A DNA stretch of 64,000 bases from Phallusia mammillata. Lineage: Eukaryota. The position numbers and the translations under genes were made by a program. Shown piece by piece: positions 39,779 through 50,068 of the stretch; the stretch's first letter is position 1; each line of letters begins with the position of its first letter. Under the pieces are notes generated by a model that ran no database searches, had not been told where the DNA came from, and was given only the letters and a program-made list of their open reading frames with translations. The stretch lies in NCBI GenBank assembly GCA_965637545.1, contig OZ281497.1:15314001-15378000 (forward strand), in the 5' to 3' direction.

Positions 39779-42395
39779 ATGAGTCGAATCAACTCCAATT
39801 GTTGTGTTTTTCTAATTGTTCTTAATCACGCAACAATTTTCATTCCAATGGGTTTGAATTTAGTTGCCTTAAATCCATCCACTCCTGCCATTGAAGTGTT
39901 TGTCAATGAAACATTTCAGGTATTGCAATATCTAATAAAGTAATAATCAAAGATCCTTGTTGTCTTACAGCTGTTGCTTTTAACTCAGGGGTGGGGAACC
40001 TGCGGCCTAAAGACTACTAAAGCTTATGGCTCAACAATCTTATTTATGTGACAATTAACCAATTGTTTGCGCATAATGCAATATTTTAGATGTCTGTGAT
40101 ATGTAACAAACGTATCTTAGAATAGATCATAGGTATGCACAAAAACGGATCTGTAGGTAAAACAAATCCTGAATCTTATAGTGGGAAATTTATTTAGGTT
40201 TAACATTGCATTCAGCTTTGATCGTGCTATTTGAAAAAAACTACAAAAGACCATTATGTAAATAAAAATTTTTGGAAACCACTGTTTCACACCTGAGAAA
40301 TAGACAATGCGGCCTACACGAGCGTCGACAAAACGTTGGGTGGCCTTTATGAATCAAGAGGTTCCCCACCCCTGTTTTAACTGATTATCTGCCCAGTGCA
40401 ACTTTGTGTATTATAATGCAGTGTCTAGTCTAGTATTTTTGTTTAGTCAAGATACAACACTACTTCAACAGTGGATGAAAATACCCTAATTGTAACATTA
40501 GCTCAATCAATGCTGGTTGTTGGTGCAGCAATGGGCTCCATTTCTACTCATCTTTGGGCAAAATATTTCCGGTACTTTTCTGTTTTATCAATTCTGCTTG
40601 ATTTTTTAAAAAGCCTGAAACACGTTTTAACAAAATCCTCTTACTTTTAGTCGCAGAACGGGAGTCATCATTGTACATCTTCTTTCGTTATCCTCAGCAA
40701 TATTAATGTCAATTATAGCTTACCTTTTTCATTCTTATGAAGCATTGATCATAGGTCGTTGGGTTAATGGCCTTGCTAGGGGTTTAGGATTTTGTCTTGG
40801 TCCATTGTATGTTGCTGAGATAACTAGTCGAAAAACACTTGGTTTCTACCAAAGTCCTCTTGGATGGATTGTACAACTAAGTGCAGCACTTGGCAATATA
40901 ATAGCTCATCCAAACGTCCTTGGTGGGTTTTTCACTTGGCCATACGCAATGGCAATTCCTGGTTTGTTTTCTGTATTGTATTTGTGTTTCGTGCCTTGGA
41001 TTCCAGACACCATACCCCACCACATAAATGTGGAAAAGCGCACTGGGGTTGAAATTGATGGAGAAAACCCTATGACAAGACGTTCGTTTCTACTACTTGA
41101 AAAATTGCGCCATGAAAAGGGCCCGGACTTGCTAAAAGAATACGAAGACATACAATCAGAGATTGCTGCCGATAGTCGTGTAGAAGGGGCTGCATTCCGC
41201 ACTATTCTGGCTATCGGAACTTACCGTAGGCAGGTGATGGCTGCTATCGTGGTCCAATTCAGCTGGCAGGCATCAGGAATACAAGCTGTGCAGCAGTACA
41301 CCAACAGCATTTTTGAAAGTGCGGGAGTGCACCCTGAAAACTCTACATACTACACTATAGGTATGTTGATATAACAAAAGTTTGCAACGCATTTCGCATA
41401 ACACTTGCATCTTTTTTTATTATAGGAACTCTAATATTAATGGGGCTTGCTGTGATCGCTTCCACGGGGCTTCTAACACGATTTGGCACCAAGCGAATGC
41501 TTGTTATTGGTCTAACAATTGTTGTCTGTGCCTTAACACTTTTAACCATTTCAACAACCAACAGCTCCAACTCTTCAAATATTCTGGGCGTTATCAGTGT
41601 CGCTTTGTTTGCGATCGGCGTTGGAATCGGTCCCATGCTTACAATGGTGACTTATCCGTCGGAACTAACCACTGTGGTTTCTCGACCCAACGCCATGTGG
41701 TTGGCTAGTGTAGTTTTTTGGGTAACTGGTGGTCTTGTGTCGTTTATTTTTCCCTACAGTTTGGAGCTTCTTGGTGGATACGCGTACATTCCTTTCACAG
41801 TACTAGTTATGTTGTCGGTAAGTGTATTTTTGTTCGCAACAACTGACATTTGCTGATGTTTCAACTTTAGGATGTATGCACTACACTACACTACACTACA
41901 CTATATACAAGCTCCACGGCAGTTTGCCTTTCGTCGAGTTCACTGTTGTGAAAAAAGTTGGCGAAAAATGTTTGAAATTGCGATTGATAAGAGTTTCACA
42001 TCGTAGCAAAATAATAGCATAGAATTCTTATACATCATGTGTAATTTGTTTTCGATGATCGTTTCGCAACATGTTTTGTATAGCAGGAAATATATAGCAC
42101 AATTAGTTTATCCTTTTCTGAAAAGGAAATGAATATACAACGCACGCGTAGCTAATAAATAGAATATTTAACTGCATGCCAGCGTGCGAACATATATGTA
42201 ACCGCTGTTTAAAAGACCAGCTTTCTGTTTAACTGAATTGTGCTCATTTATTTTCAGGGTGTTTATGTCATCTTCTTTCTACCGGAAACACGAAATCGTT
42301 CAGCCCAAGATATCAAAACTTTTTTTGCGAAATCAAAACTCTCCAAGTCGACCACAGTCTCCTCTAAACATAGTACTGAACTTTTGCCCACATAA
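39779..42395 (+). CDS. SLC2/GLUT-like transporter 6 (near-identical to 5)
   Basis: Exons 39779-39919, 40447-40571, 40651-41360, 41426-41817 and 42258-42395; in frame. Confidence 0.88.
39986..40374. mobile_element. copy of the 32245-32633 hAT MITE
   Basis: Same TIRs and TSD TTTTAACT. Confidence 0.9.
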
Positions 42396-42632
42396 ACCAT
42401 TTCAAAGACTGATAAGTTGTAAATGGTGCACGATTCACAACTTCGTTCCACGATTTTTAAAGTCTTTTGCATTTTTTTCACAATTTTACTGCTATTGGTG
42501 CAACTTGGTTTGAAAGTGTCTTAGACATGTAATTTATATTCCCTGCTTGTGAAATAGCATTTGGAATAAAACTTTATTCAAACTTTTTAAACATTTGTGT
42601 TTTTCATATTTCTTTTAGTTCGTACTTTAGCA

Positions 42633-42849
42633 CAGGGGTCGGGAACCTTTTTTCTCATGCGGACCGTTTTTGAAACGGAAATTTTATCGCGGACCAGCCT
42701 TGCAGAAACTACAAGTATTGAGAAATGAAAACGTCTAAATTAGTTTATCATTCCCGGTGTGCATGGGCAAAATGTTTTGAAGCATTTAATTTGTAAAAGT
42801 ATACGGCCGGGTGACGAAATAGTCGCGGACCGGCGTTTGCCGACCACTG
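42633..42849. mobile_element. copy of the 34891-35107 hAT MITE
   Basis: Same sequence and position relative to the gene. Confidence 0.8.
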
Positions 42850-43880
42850 GTTCAGCACCGTATTCTATTGCACCTATAGTTACAAGTTTGGTAAAATGTG
42901 CTGCGTTTTTACTCATCATAACGCACAAGCGTATTAATTAAACAATTTCTCGTACTAAACCACTTGGTTTGAATGTTACGCACATCTTACTGCATTTATT
43001 TATATTATCATGGAAATTTTGAATGTTTTTTCATTGGCGTCCTTGCAACCAATCCAATGGTACTGTTTTGTGTTTTGGCATCTCTTTTTAATTTAAAATT
43101 CCGTAGCACAGCCTTGCTTAATTTGAAGATGCAATTTTATATCTGTCTCTTCAGCATTTGTCCCTCTCCCCTGTTAGTCTTCATAGTTTCGTGCAATTTA
43201 AATTCAGTTGTCTAACTAAATTAATACAATTTTCACCAAAAATGTACAAGTTCTATAGTTTTGTATGGATTGAGCCCTAACAGTTATCAATTCGCTGCCC
43301 GCTTTACAACGTGGTCCTTAAAAAAATCCGTGATTTACACATTTGGATGGCATCGACAAACTTTTGGGTCGTTGCGTTATAGAGGTATTTTAGAACAACG
43401 CCACATAAATGTAATAAAACCGACTCAAGTGTTTTTGAGTGAAAAAGCCTAAACGACTTATGTCTAGTGCCTCGGTTGCCAAGTCTAGCTGTAGGCTACA
43501 TTGGGACTTTCCATGAATGGTTGTAAAAGCCAGGACGTTAAGGAAACCAACGTTAGCAGACTACAGAACATATTAATTGTTTTTGTTAAATTGTTTAACT
43601 ACATTTGAAAAGTTTCTCTGCGGTGATAGGCCAGTGATAGGCTGTTGACTACTTATGATCAGTCGGTCGATCGCCTGTCCGGCACGTGGCAACTTTTTGC
43701 CCGATCTGATTTGACCGTGCATGGGCGATGATAAGCGGGAAAACTTCATGGTAAACAGAAGTTTACATCAGTACTAAATGTGGTAATCTGAATTTATTTT
43801 TATCGATTGCCTTGCACATATTAACGAGTTTGTAATTAGGCCCGACAGAACGCACATTTTTCAAACACTGATCTGCGTAA

Positions 43881-43996
43881 TGCCGAAGGTCATGTGGATA
43901 GCAGGAAATGTCTTCTGGATAACTGCAATACTGATGGTGTCGTTTCTCTTCCCATATGCTCCTTCGGCCATAGGTAGATTTGCTTACATTCCCGTG
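43881..43996 (+). pseudogene. second relic of SLC2-like 3/4-type exon 4
   Basis: Translates as KVMWIAGNVFWITAILMVSFLFPYAPSAIGRFAYIPV; same junction and same internal deletion as 36161-36288. Confidence 0.82.
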
Positions 43997-44029
43997 GTAA
44001 CTTCCCCCCAGCTGTGTAAGCCTCTAGCC

Positions 44030-44348
44030 CAGTGGTTCCCAAACTATGCGCCGCAGCACACTTGTGTGTCGCGAAATGTCATTAGGTGTGCCTCAAAAAA
44101 TATTGAAATTAAAATCAATCAAGTAGAGTAGTAGTACCAGGTGCTTAGACCACTAGGCCAACGTGCTCCACGTCTCTGAGATGTTCAACTAGGCTATTTA
44201 ACTATGAGAGTGACCTGTATAGCGGCTTTATGACCTCATAGTTAGTGCCTTTGTCAGCTAAAAAAATTATTTAAATGTTCGAAGTGCGCCAAATAATTTT
44301 TGTTTTTTCTAAAATGCGCCTTAAAAGACAAAAGTTTGGGAACCACTG
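44030..44348. mobile_element. hAT MITE
   Basis: TIRs CAGTGGTTCCCAAAC / GTTTGGGAACCACTG; TSD CTCTAGCC. Confidence 0.9.
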
Positions 44349-44719
44349 CTCTAGCCTCTAGCCTAGTTATGCATGAAAACAAAATAGTCAGTCGGCTACT
44401 TGTGTAAAAGCATAACAGATGTTCCAATGGTAAAAGTTGAACACGCACTGGTTTACACCAAGAGCCATATACCTATTCCGGTTCGCAACTTGTTTAGGCT
44501 GTTTGTTTTTTTCAGAAAGTCCCAAGTTGGACGCTTGCTATTTACAGTTTTGAAAATAATAACCTAATCGCAATAATAACCTAAACAAAAACGATAATAA
44601 CCTAATCGTGAGCATTTCCCACATTTAGTTTGGCATGTTGGGGAACTCCCCAAAACTTAAAAAGTTCAACGTAGGTGCCTAAAGAAAAGCTGAGGAAAAG
44701 ATTCAACAACCAACAATCC

Positions 44720-45558
44720 GGTAGACTGCAGGGGTCACCAAACTATGGCCCGCGGGCCATTTCGTCCGGAGGTCATTTCGTCCGGCCCGCGACCACATTT
44801 TTTAGGTTGCCAAATTGTATTAATAACTTTGTAATATTAAAATTTAATCTACTCCTTCCAATTTTTTTCTGTGGGGATATTCAGAATTGATGTTGCCGAG
44901 TTTCATAGGATTATAACGCCCAGGATTGATCCAAAGCCAGTTTGTTACGTCACAGACAAGACTACAAGTATTAATTGTGCGCAAATAAGTGCCTTCTTTT
45001 GTCACTTGTGGCGTAATATACAAGCATTGCTCGTAAGATGAGACTAATTATACAGTTTAACAGTCGCATGACTACTTTTTGAATGGGATTGTAGAAAGAC
45101 CATATCTTGGCGCACATAAAAACGTCTCGCGGGCTAAGTTTGGAAAGACGGCGCTAGGGCATGTAAACTATGCGGCCCGCGCGAATCATTATTAGCACTC
45201 ATCCGGCCCGCAGTGAAAAAAGTTTGGTGACCCCTGCGGTAGAGCTACTAACACGATATGTTTCAGGAGATCCAAAAGTGCTTAATTTTTGAGTGGCGTA
45301 AAGAGCTGAATTATTTATTTAGCGGCTCAAGAAGGGTTGGTTTGGGATGCAAGTTTTTGAAAATGTTACATTAGTAACTAGTTTTTTGCTAGTTTTATTG
45401 AATTTTAAATGCTAATACCTTACCCCGGCCCTAATAGCCCTAACCGTTAGCATTTTTTGAGATATACCATTTTAAATGAAAAAGGTGCTCTTTGCGCCAC
45501 CTGTCCAAAGTTAAGCACTTTTAGATCTCCTGAAACATATCGTGTTAGTAGCTCTACC
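44720..45558. mobile_element. Mutator-like non-autonomous element with a hAT (44729-45236) inserted in its left terminus
   Basis: About 48-bp TIR GGTAGAGCTACTAACACGATATGTTTCAGGAGATC..., 9-bp TSD CAACAATCC, empty site near 36864. Nested CAGGGGTCACCAAAC...GTTTGGTGACCCCTG. Confidence 0.8.
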
Positions 45559-45590
45559 CAACAATCCCACAATCGTCACCTAACTGGTTG

Positions 45591-45835
45591 GGGTCTGGTA
45601 TACTTTCATGACCACACGTTATTACTACGTCATACCTGTGCATACACCAATGACCTTTATATATGATCAACTACGTCATTGTACGGATACGTCACGCACA
45701 TAATGACGTCACTGTGACGTCATCATGTGCGTGACGTTTCCGTACTATGACGTACTTGATCATTTGTAAAGGTCATTGATGTATGTGCAGATATGACGTA
45801 GTTATGACGTGTGGTCATGAAAGTATACCAGACCC
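45591..45835. mobile_element. fold-back (whole-length palindromic) MITE
   Basis: Arms GGGTCTGGTATACTTTCATGACCACAC... pair almost to the centre; flanks ACTGG(T/A)TG; empty site near 36888. Confidence 0.8.
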
Positions 45836-45862
45836 ACTGGATGTCCATGATAACATTATTTC

Positions 45863-47644
45863 GGGTCAAGTCTAAAACTGAGGGCCCACTTGGCCCACTT
45901 GGCCCGCTAGTCCCAGCAATTGGCACCTCTCATGCAAGTATAAAAACTGCGGGCCGGTTTGATAAAGCCGAGGGCACGCCTGTGACCCAGACATGGGGTC
46001 GAATACACGCGTCCTGTATTCGAATACTTTACGAATACCTGCATGACTGTATTCGAATTCATGAATACTTTGGTAATTTTTGAGTGACAGCAATTCGAAT
46101 GGTATTCGAATAAAACGAGTCAAGTATTTGTATTCATGAATTGTTGACCAAACTACAACGACAAGTAATTCGAATACTATTCGAATAAACCAAGGCATGT
46201 ATTCGTATTCATGAATTCTACGCACTTTTTAAAGTTCGACAATTCGAATTGTATTCGAATAATGCGAGTCAAGTATTCGTATTCACGAATTGTTTCGTAA
46301 TGTTAAGGTGGCAGCAACTCGAATTGTATTCGAATAAAACGTGTCAAGTATTAGTATTCATGAATAGTTGACCAAAAAACAACAACGTGTAATTCGAATA
46401 CTATTCGAATAACCCCAAGCGTGTATTCGTATTCATGAATACTTCGTACTTTTTGAGAAGTAGCAATTCGAATTGTATTCGAATTAATAGTTCTAGTTAT
46501 TTGTATTCACGAATTGTTCAGTTGTAATAAGAAGCAAACAATTCGAATAGCATTTGAATGCACCGATTCGGATATTTGCAGTGGCGGAAAATAAAAGAAA
46601 TGAAAGCGAGATGTTTGCTTCATGAACACGCTACACCTGTCATGTGCTGATAACAACCCAATGTTGCAAGCTTTGTAACACAATTCCATTTATGTAACGT
46701 CACAATTAAACTTATATGTGCATTGTTTCGTAACATAATTAAAAACTTGTCAAATCAGGTCACATTCACTGCCAATTTGAATTGTATTCGAATCTATTTG
46801 GCAACAATATATAGCAAAATATTCTCGACTACTCCTAGTCTGGAGGTAATCGACAATTCGAATTGTATTCGTAAAAATGTAGTCATGTATTCGATTTTAC
46901 GTGTCTTACGTTGCCAAAGGCTGACAACAATGCGAATTGAATTCGTAAAAATGTAGTCATGTATTCGATTTTGCGAATTGTTACGTAGAAACAGGCTGAC
47001 AACAATTCGAATTGTATTCGTAAAAATGTAGTCATGTATTCGATTTTGCGAATTGTTACGTAGAAACAGGCTGACAACAATTCGAATTGTATTCGTAAAA
47101 ATGTAGTCATGTATTCGATTTTACGAATTGTTACGTTGCCAAAGGCCGACAACAATTCGAATTGTATTCGTAAAAAATATCGTGTATTCGAATTTGCAAA
47201 TTGTTAGGTTGGCAAAAACCTAGAACAATTCGAATTGAATTCGAATAAATTTACTAAATTTCATGCACTATCGAACGAAAGCCAAAATCATTCGAATACA
47301 GCACGAAGGTGGCAAAACCTGTATTCGAATGCATTCGAATACGAATGACGAATACGAATTGCCCCATGTCTGCGCCTGTCACATGTCATTAAATTTTGAT
47401 TTCGACAAGATCTGAACGGCAAGCAACGGATATAGTGGGCCCGCAGTTTTTCCTTGCGAAAGACGCGACAAGCACTGTATATAGTGGGCCCGCGGTTTTT
47501 ATACTTGCTAGAAGCGGGCCCGCAGTTTTTCAATTGCATGGGGCGGGCCAAGTGCTGGGCCAAGTGCTGGGCCAAGTGCTGGGCCAAGTGCTGGGCCAAG
47601 CGGGCCAAGTGCTCCAAGTGGGCCCGCAGTTTTAGACGTGACCG
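45863..47644. mobile_element. Mutator-like element with a nested TTCGAA-rich element (about 45988-47372)
   Basis: TIR GGTCA(A/C)GTCTAAAACTG(A/C)GGGCCCACTTGG, 9-bp TSD CATTATTTC, subterminal 9-12-bp tandem repeats. Nested ends CAGACATGGGG / CCCCATGTCTG. Confidence 0.8.
46850..47170. repeat. 75-bp tandem repeat, about 4 copies
   Basis: ACAGGCTGAC recurs at 46991 and 47066; unit AACAATTCGAATTGTATTCGTAAAAATGTAGTCATGTATTCGATTT... Confidence 0.9.
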
Positions 47645-47825
47645 CATTATTTCGTCAAAAAGACAATGGCGTGGTAAACATAAATCGGCCAAGCGGAACA
47701 TGACAAATCTTTTTTTCAAAAAGGCTGTGGTACGAGATATATCGAATATCGACACATAGAATGAAACAGGATTTTGACATTTTGTGATTTTTGTTGGAAT
47801 GAGGTTTGTGTTGTTATATTTGACA

Positions 47826-48795
47826 GTAGTGTTTTTTTAAGGTGCTTTGGGGGACCGAAACGGTCCCCCAAATTTCTACAGCGGTTTCCCAAAATTTGCC
47901 AGTAGCCTAATAAATAATTCGTTTGAGCAAATACCAGATTGGAAAGAATGGCCTAAAAAATGGATAAATCCTCCGCGCAATATTTTGGATTTTCCCTTGT
48001 AATCCGCGCAAATTTAGGCTTCTTACGTGTAATCCGCGCAAAAAAATGTTGTCCGCGCAACTTAGCACAACTTTCGTAGGTAACTACAATAAACTTTCTT
48101 TAAAATTATATATTTACGTTGCACAATGAAGTTCTATGTCGTCATAAACCTTATTTCAGGAACAATCCACGCAAATCAGTCAAGCACATCGAAACTTTTC
48201 GATCGTCACGCTTGAAATAGCATTTCTATTTCGCTAACGTAGTCGTTAAAAGTACATTTATCTGTATTTTTAGGACGTAGTTTGACTATTAAAGTGACTG
48301 TCGGCTGGTCAAGTTACATAAAATAATGTTTTCTGTATGAAAAATAATTAAAAACAGTTAAGGGCAGTTTGGCAATCAAAAACTATCCCCATAAAAGAAA
48401 TCAGCCAAATGTTTGAATCGTTATGAAAATGAAAAATTGTAGAATCTAGCAGAACAGCTGCGTGAGCAATGGAGCAAAACTGAAGATTCGTCGTGTTTAT
48501 TACTTTATTCAGTTGTTCTTTTTGTCGACTGGTCTGGATAGTCTTGCAGGCGTTACATACAAATTGCGTTAATCGTTAAATCCACCTGTCAATCAAAAGT
48601 CTATCAATCCGCGCAGAAAATTGTAATTCCGCGCAAAAATCCGCGCAATTATTTTGACGAAAAAAATATCCTCCGCGCAAAAATAAAACTTTCCAATCTG
48701 GAGCAAATATGGCTATTTTTTGGTATTTGAATGAAACACTTGCGGTCTCTCAAAAATACTTAGCGGTCACCCAAACCAAACCTTAAAAAAACCTG
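47826..48795. mobile_element. MITE of the 24756 family interrupted by a nested element (47934-48701)
   Basis: Outer ends match the 24756-24897 family. Inner TIR CCAGATTGGAAAG / CTTTCCAATCTGG, TSD AGCAAATA, clustered TCCGCGCAA subterminal motifs. Confidence 0.82.
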
Positions 48796-49684
48796 TTTGA
48801 CACCTTTTAAAATGTTGCCAGTTCAAAAAGACGTATGCTTTGGTCTACAGTCTACACGTCATTAAACGAAATTGTTGGCATGGTTTTTCACTGTTTATTA
48901 CGTTGGCCATAGTAATTGTTTTCTGTTACTAATTCCCCTTTTTTTTGTTGTGCACCAGTTTCCCCTTTATAGCAATTAACATAGATTTTGCTGTTATGAA
49001 TTTTGTACCAAACTTGCTTGTGGCAGGTCATTTAAGGTGAACTAAAAAATCGATTCAATGGATTGTGATGAGAAAGAATAACATGTGGTGTCTTTGAGTA
49101 TTGCTTACTGATTTGACAAGTTCTTGCAACGAATCTTACGGGTGTGCCAACAGAATTCAAGGAATATATTTAACAGTTAGGTTCAGCTTTTGTAATTACA
49201 ACAGAAGTGTATTTGAAATAATTTAAACACTTGGAACAAATAAACTATTTTCTAATCAGCCATACATTTTTGGCATCATATGTTTAAATATAATTGTTAA
49301 AAAAACGTTAACAGATGGAGGGTGTAGTCAGTTGTATATATATATATATTACATTAGTTTCACCTGTTTCACTTTATTATATTGCCCCCTTAACAACCCA
49401 GCAACTTTAACCAAATATTAAATATATATCAAATAAATCTCTAAAATGATGTCTTAACTTTGTGATAAGTTTTGATTCTATAGCCACACAGGCTATTCCT
49501 AAATCTTTCATAAAATCAATAAAATATCTTATTTGAATAAACTTACACAGATTGCATAATGTGACACTATAGTATTAGTTTATATAGTATTAGGGTATTT
49601 CAACTGGTGGGTTGAAAACTTTAGTCTCTGTCATTACCACTAAACTGAGTTTCATTTGTATGATTTGTGTGACATGCATAAGTC

Positions 49685-49848
49685 CAGTGTTTTTTTAAGG
49701 TGTTAAAAATGGTCCCCCAAATTTCTCCAGCGGTTTCCCAAAATTTGTACTTGCAACTACAACTACAGTTTTGGGTATTTAAATGAAACACTTGCGGTCT
49801 CTTAAAACTACTTAGCGGTCACCCAAACCAAACCTTAAAAAAGCCCTG
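49685..49848. mobile_element. MITE of the 24756 family
   Basis: Shared body TAAATGAAACACTTGCGGT.TCTTAAAACTACTTAGCGGTCACCCAAACCAAACC; TSD unclear. Confidence 0.78.
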
Positions 49849-50068
49849 TGCATAACTATGATTTCAAATTTGTGTAGACCCATGTGTTTCTGCCTGCCAA
49901 AAACATGTTGATCAATGTTGAACCCATTGGTAATTAAAGTACACCGATTTAAATATATAGATGATGTGTAACAGGGTGATACCGTCAGTGCCCCACTAGT
50001 TATGTGTTCAACAGTAACTATTTCTGTTTCAGATCAATCAAATCAGATATTCAAACACAGCTTTGGTG

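Noticed and set aside
44136-44166. tRNA-like A-box (TGGCCTAGTGG) on the minus strand
   Set aside because: There is no B-box or cloverleaf; it lies inside a hAT MITE and is at most a SINE 5' fragment.
46000-46560. GAA/TTC-rich tract as heat-shock elements
   Set aside because: The spacing is mostly TTCGAA rather than arrays of nGAAnnTTCn, and the tract is internal to a transposon.
46850-47170. Regular repeats as a CRISPR array, or the 25-aa repeat ORF 46883-47155 as a gene
   Set aside because: Units are contiguous 75-bp copies with no unique spacers, there are no cas genes, the context is eukaryotic, and the ORF is just the repeat translated.
47288-47755. ORFs with AQHL/AKCW/GQVL repeats
   Set aside because: They are produced by a 12-bp subterminal tandem repeat (GGGCCAAGTGCT) of a Mutator-like element.
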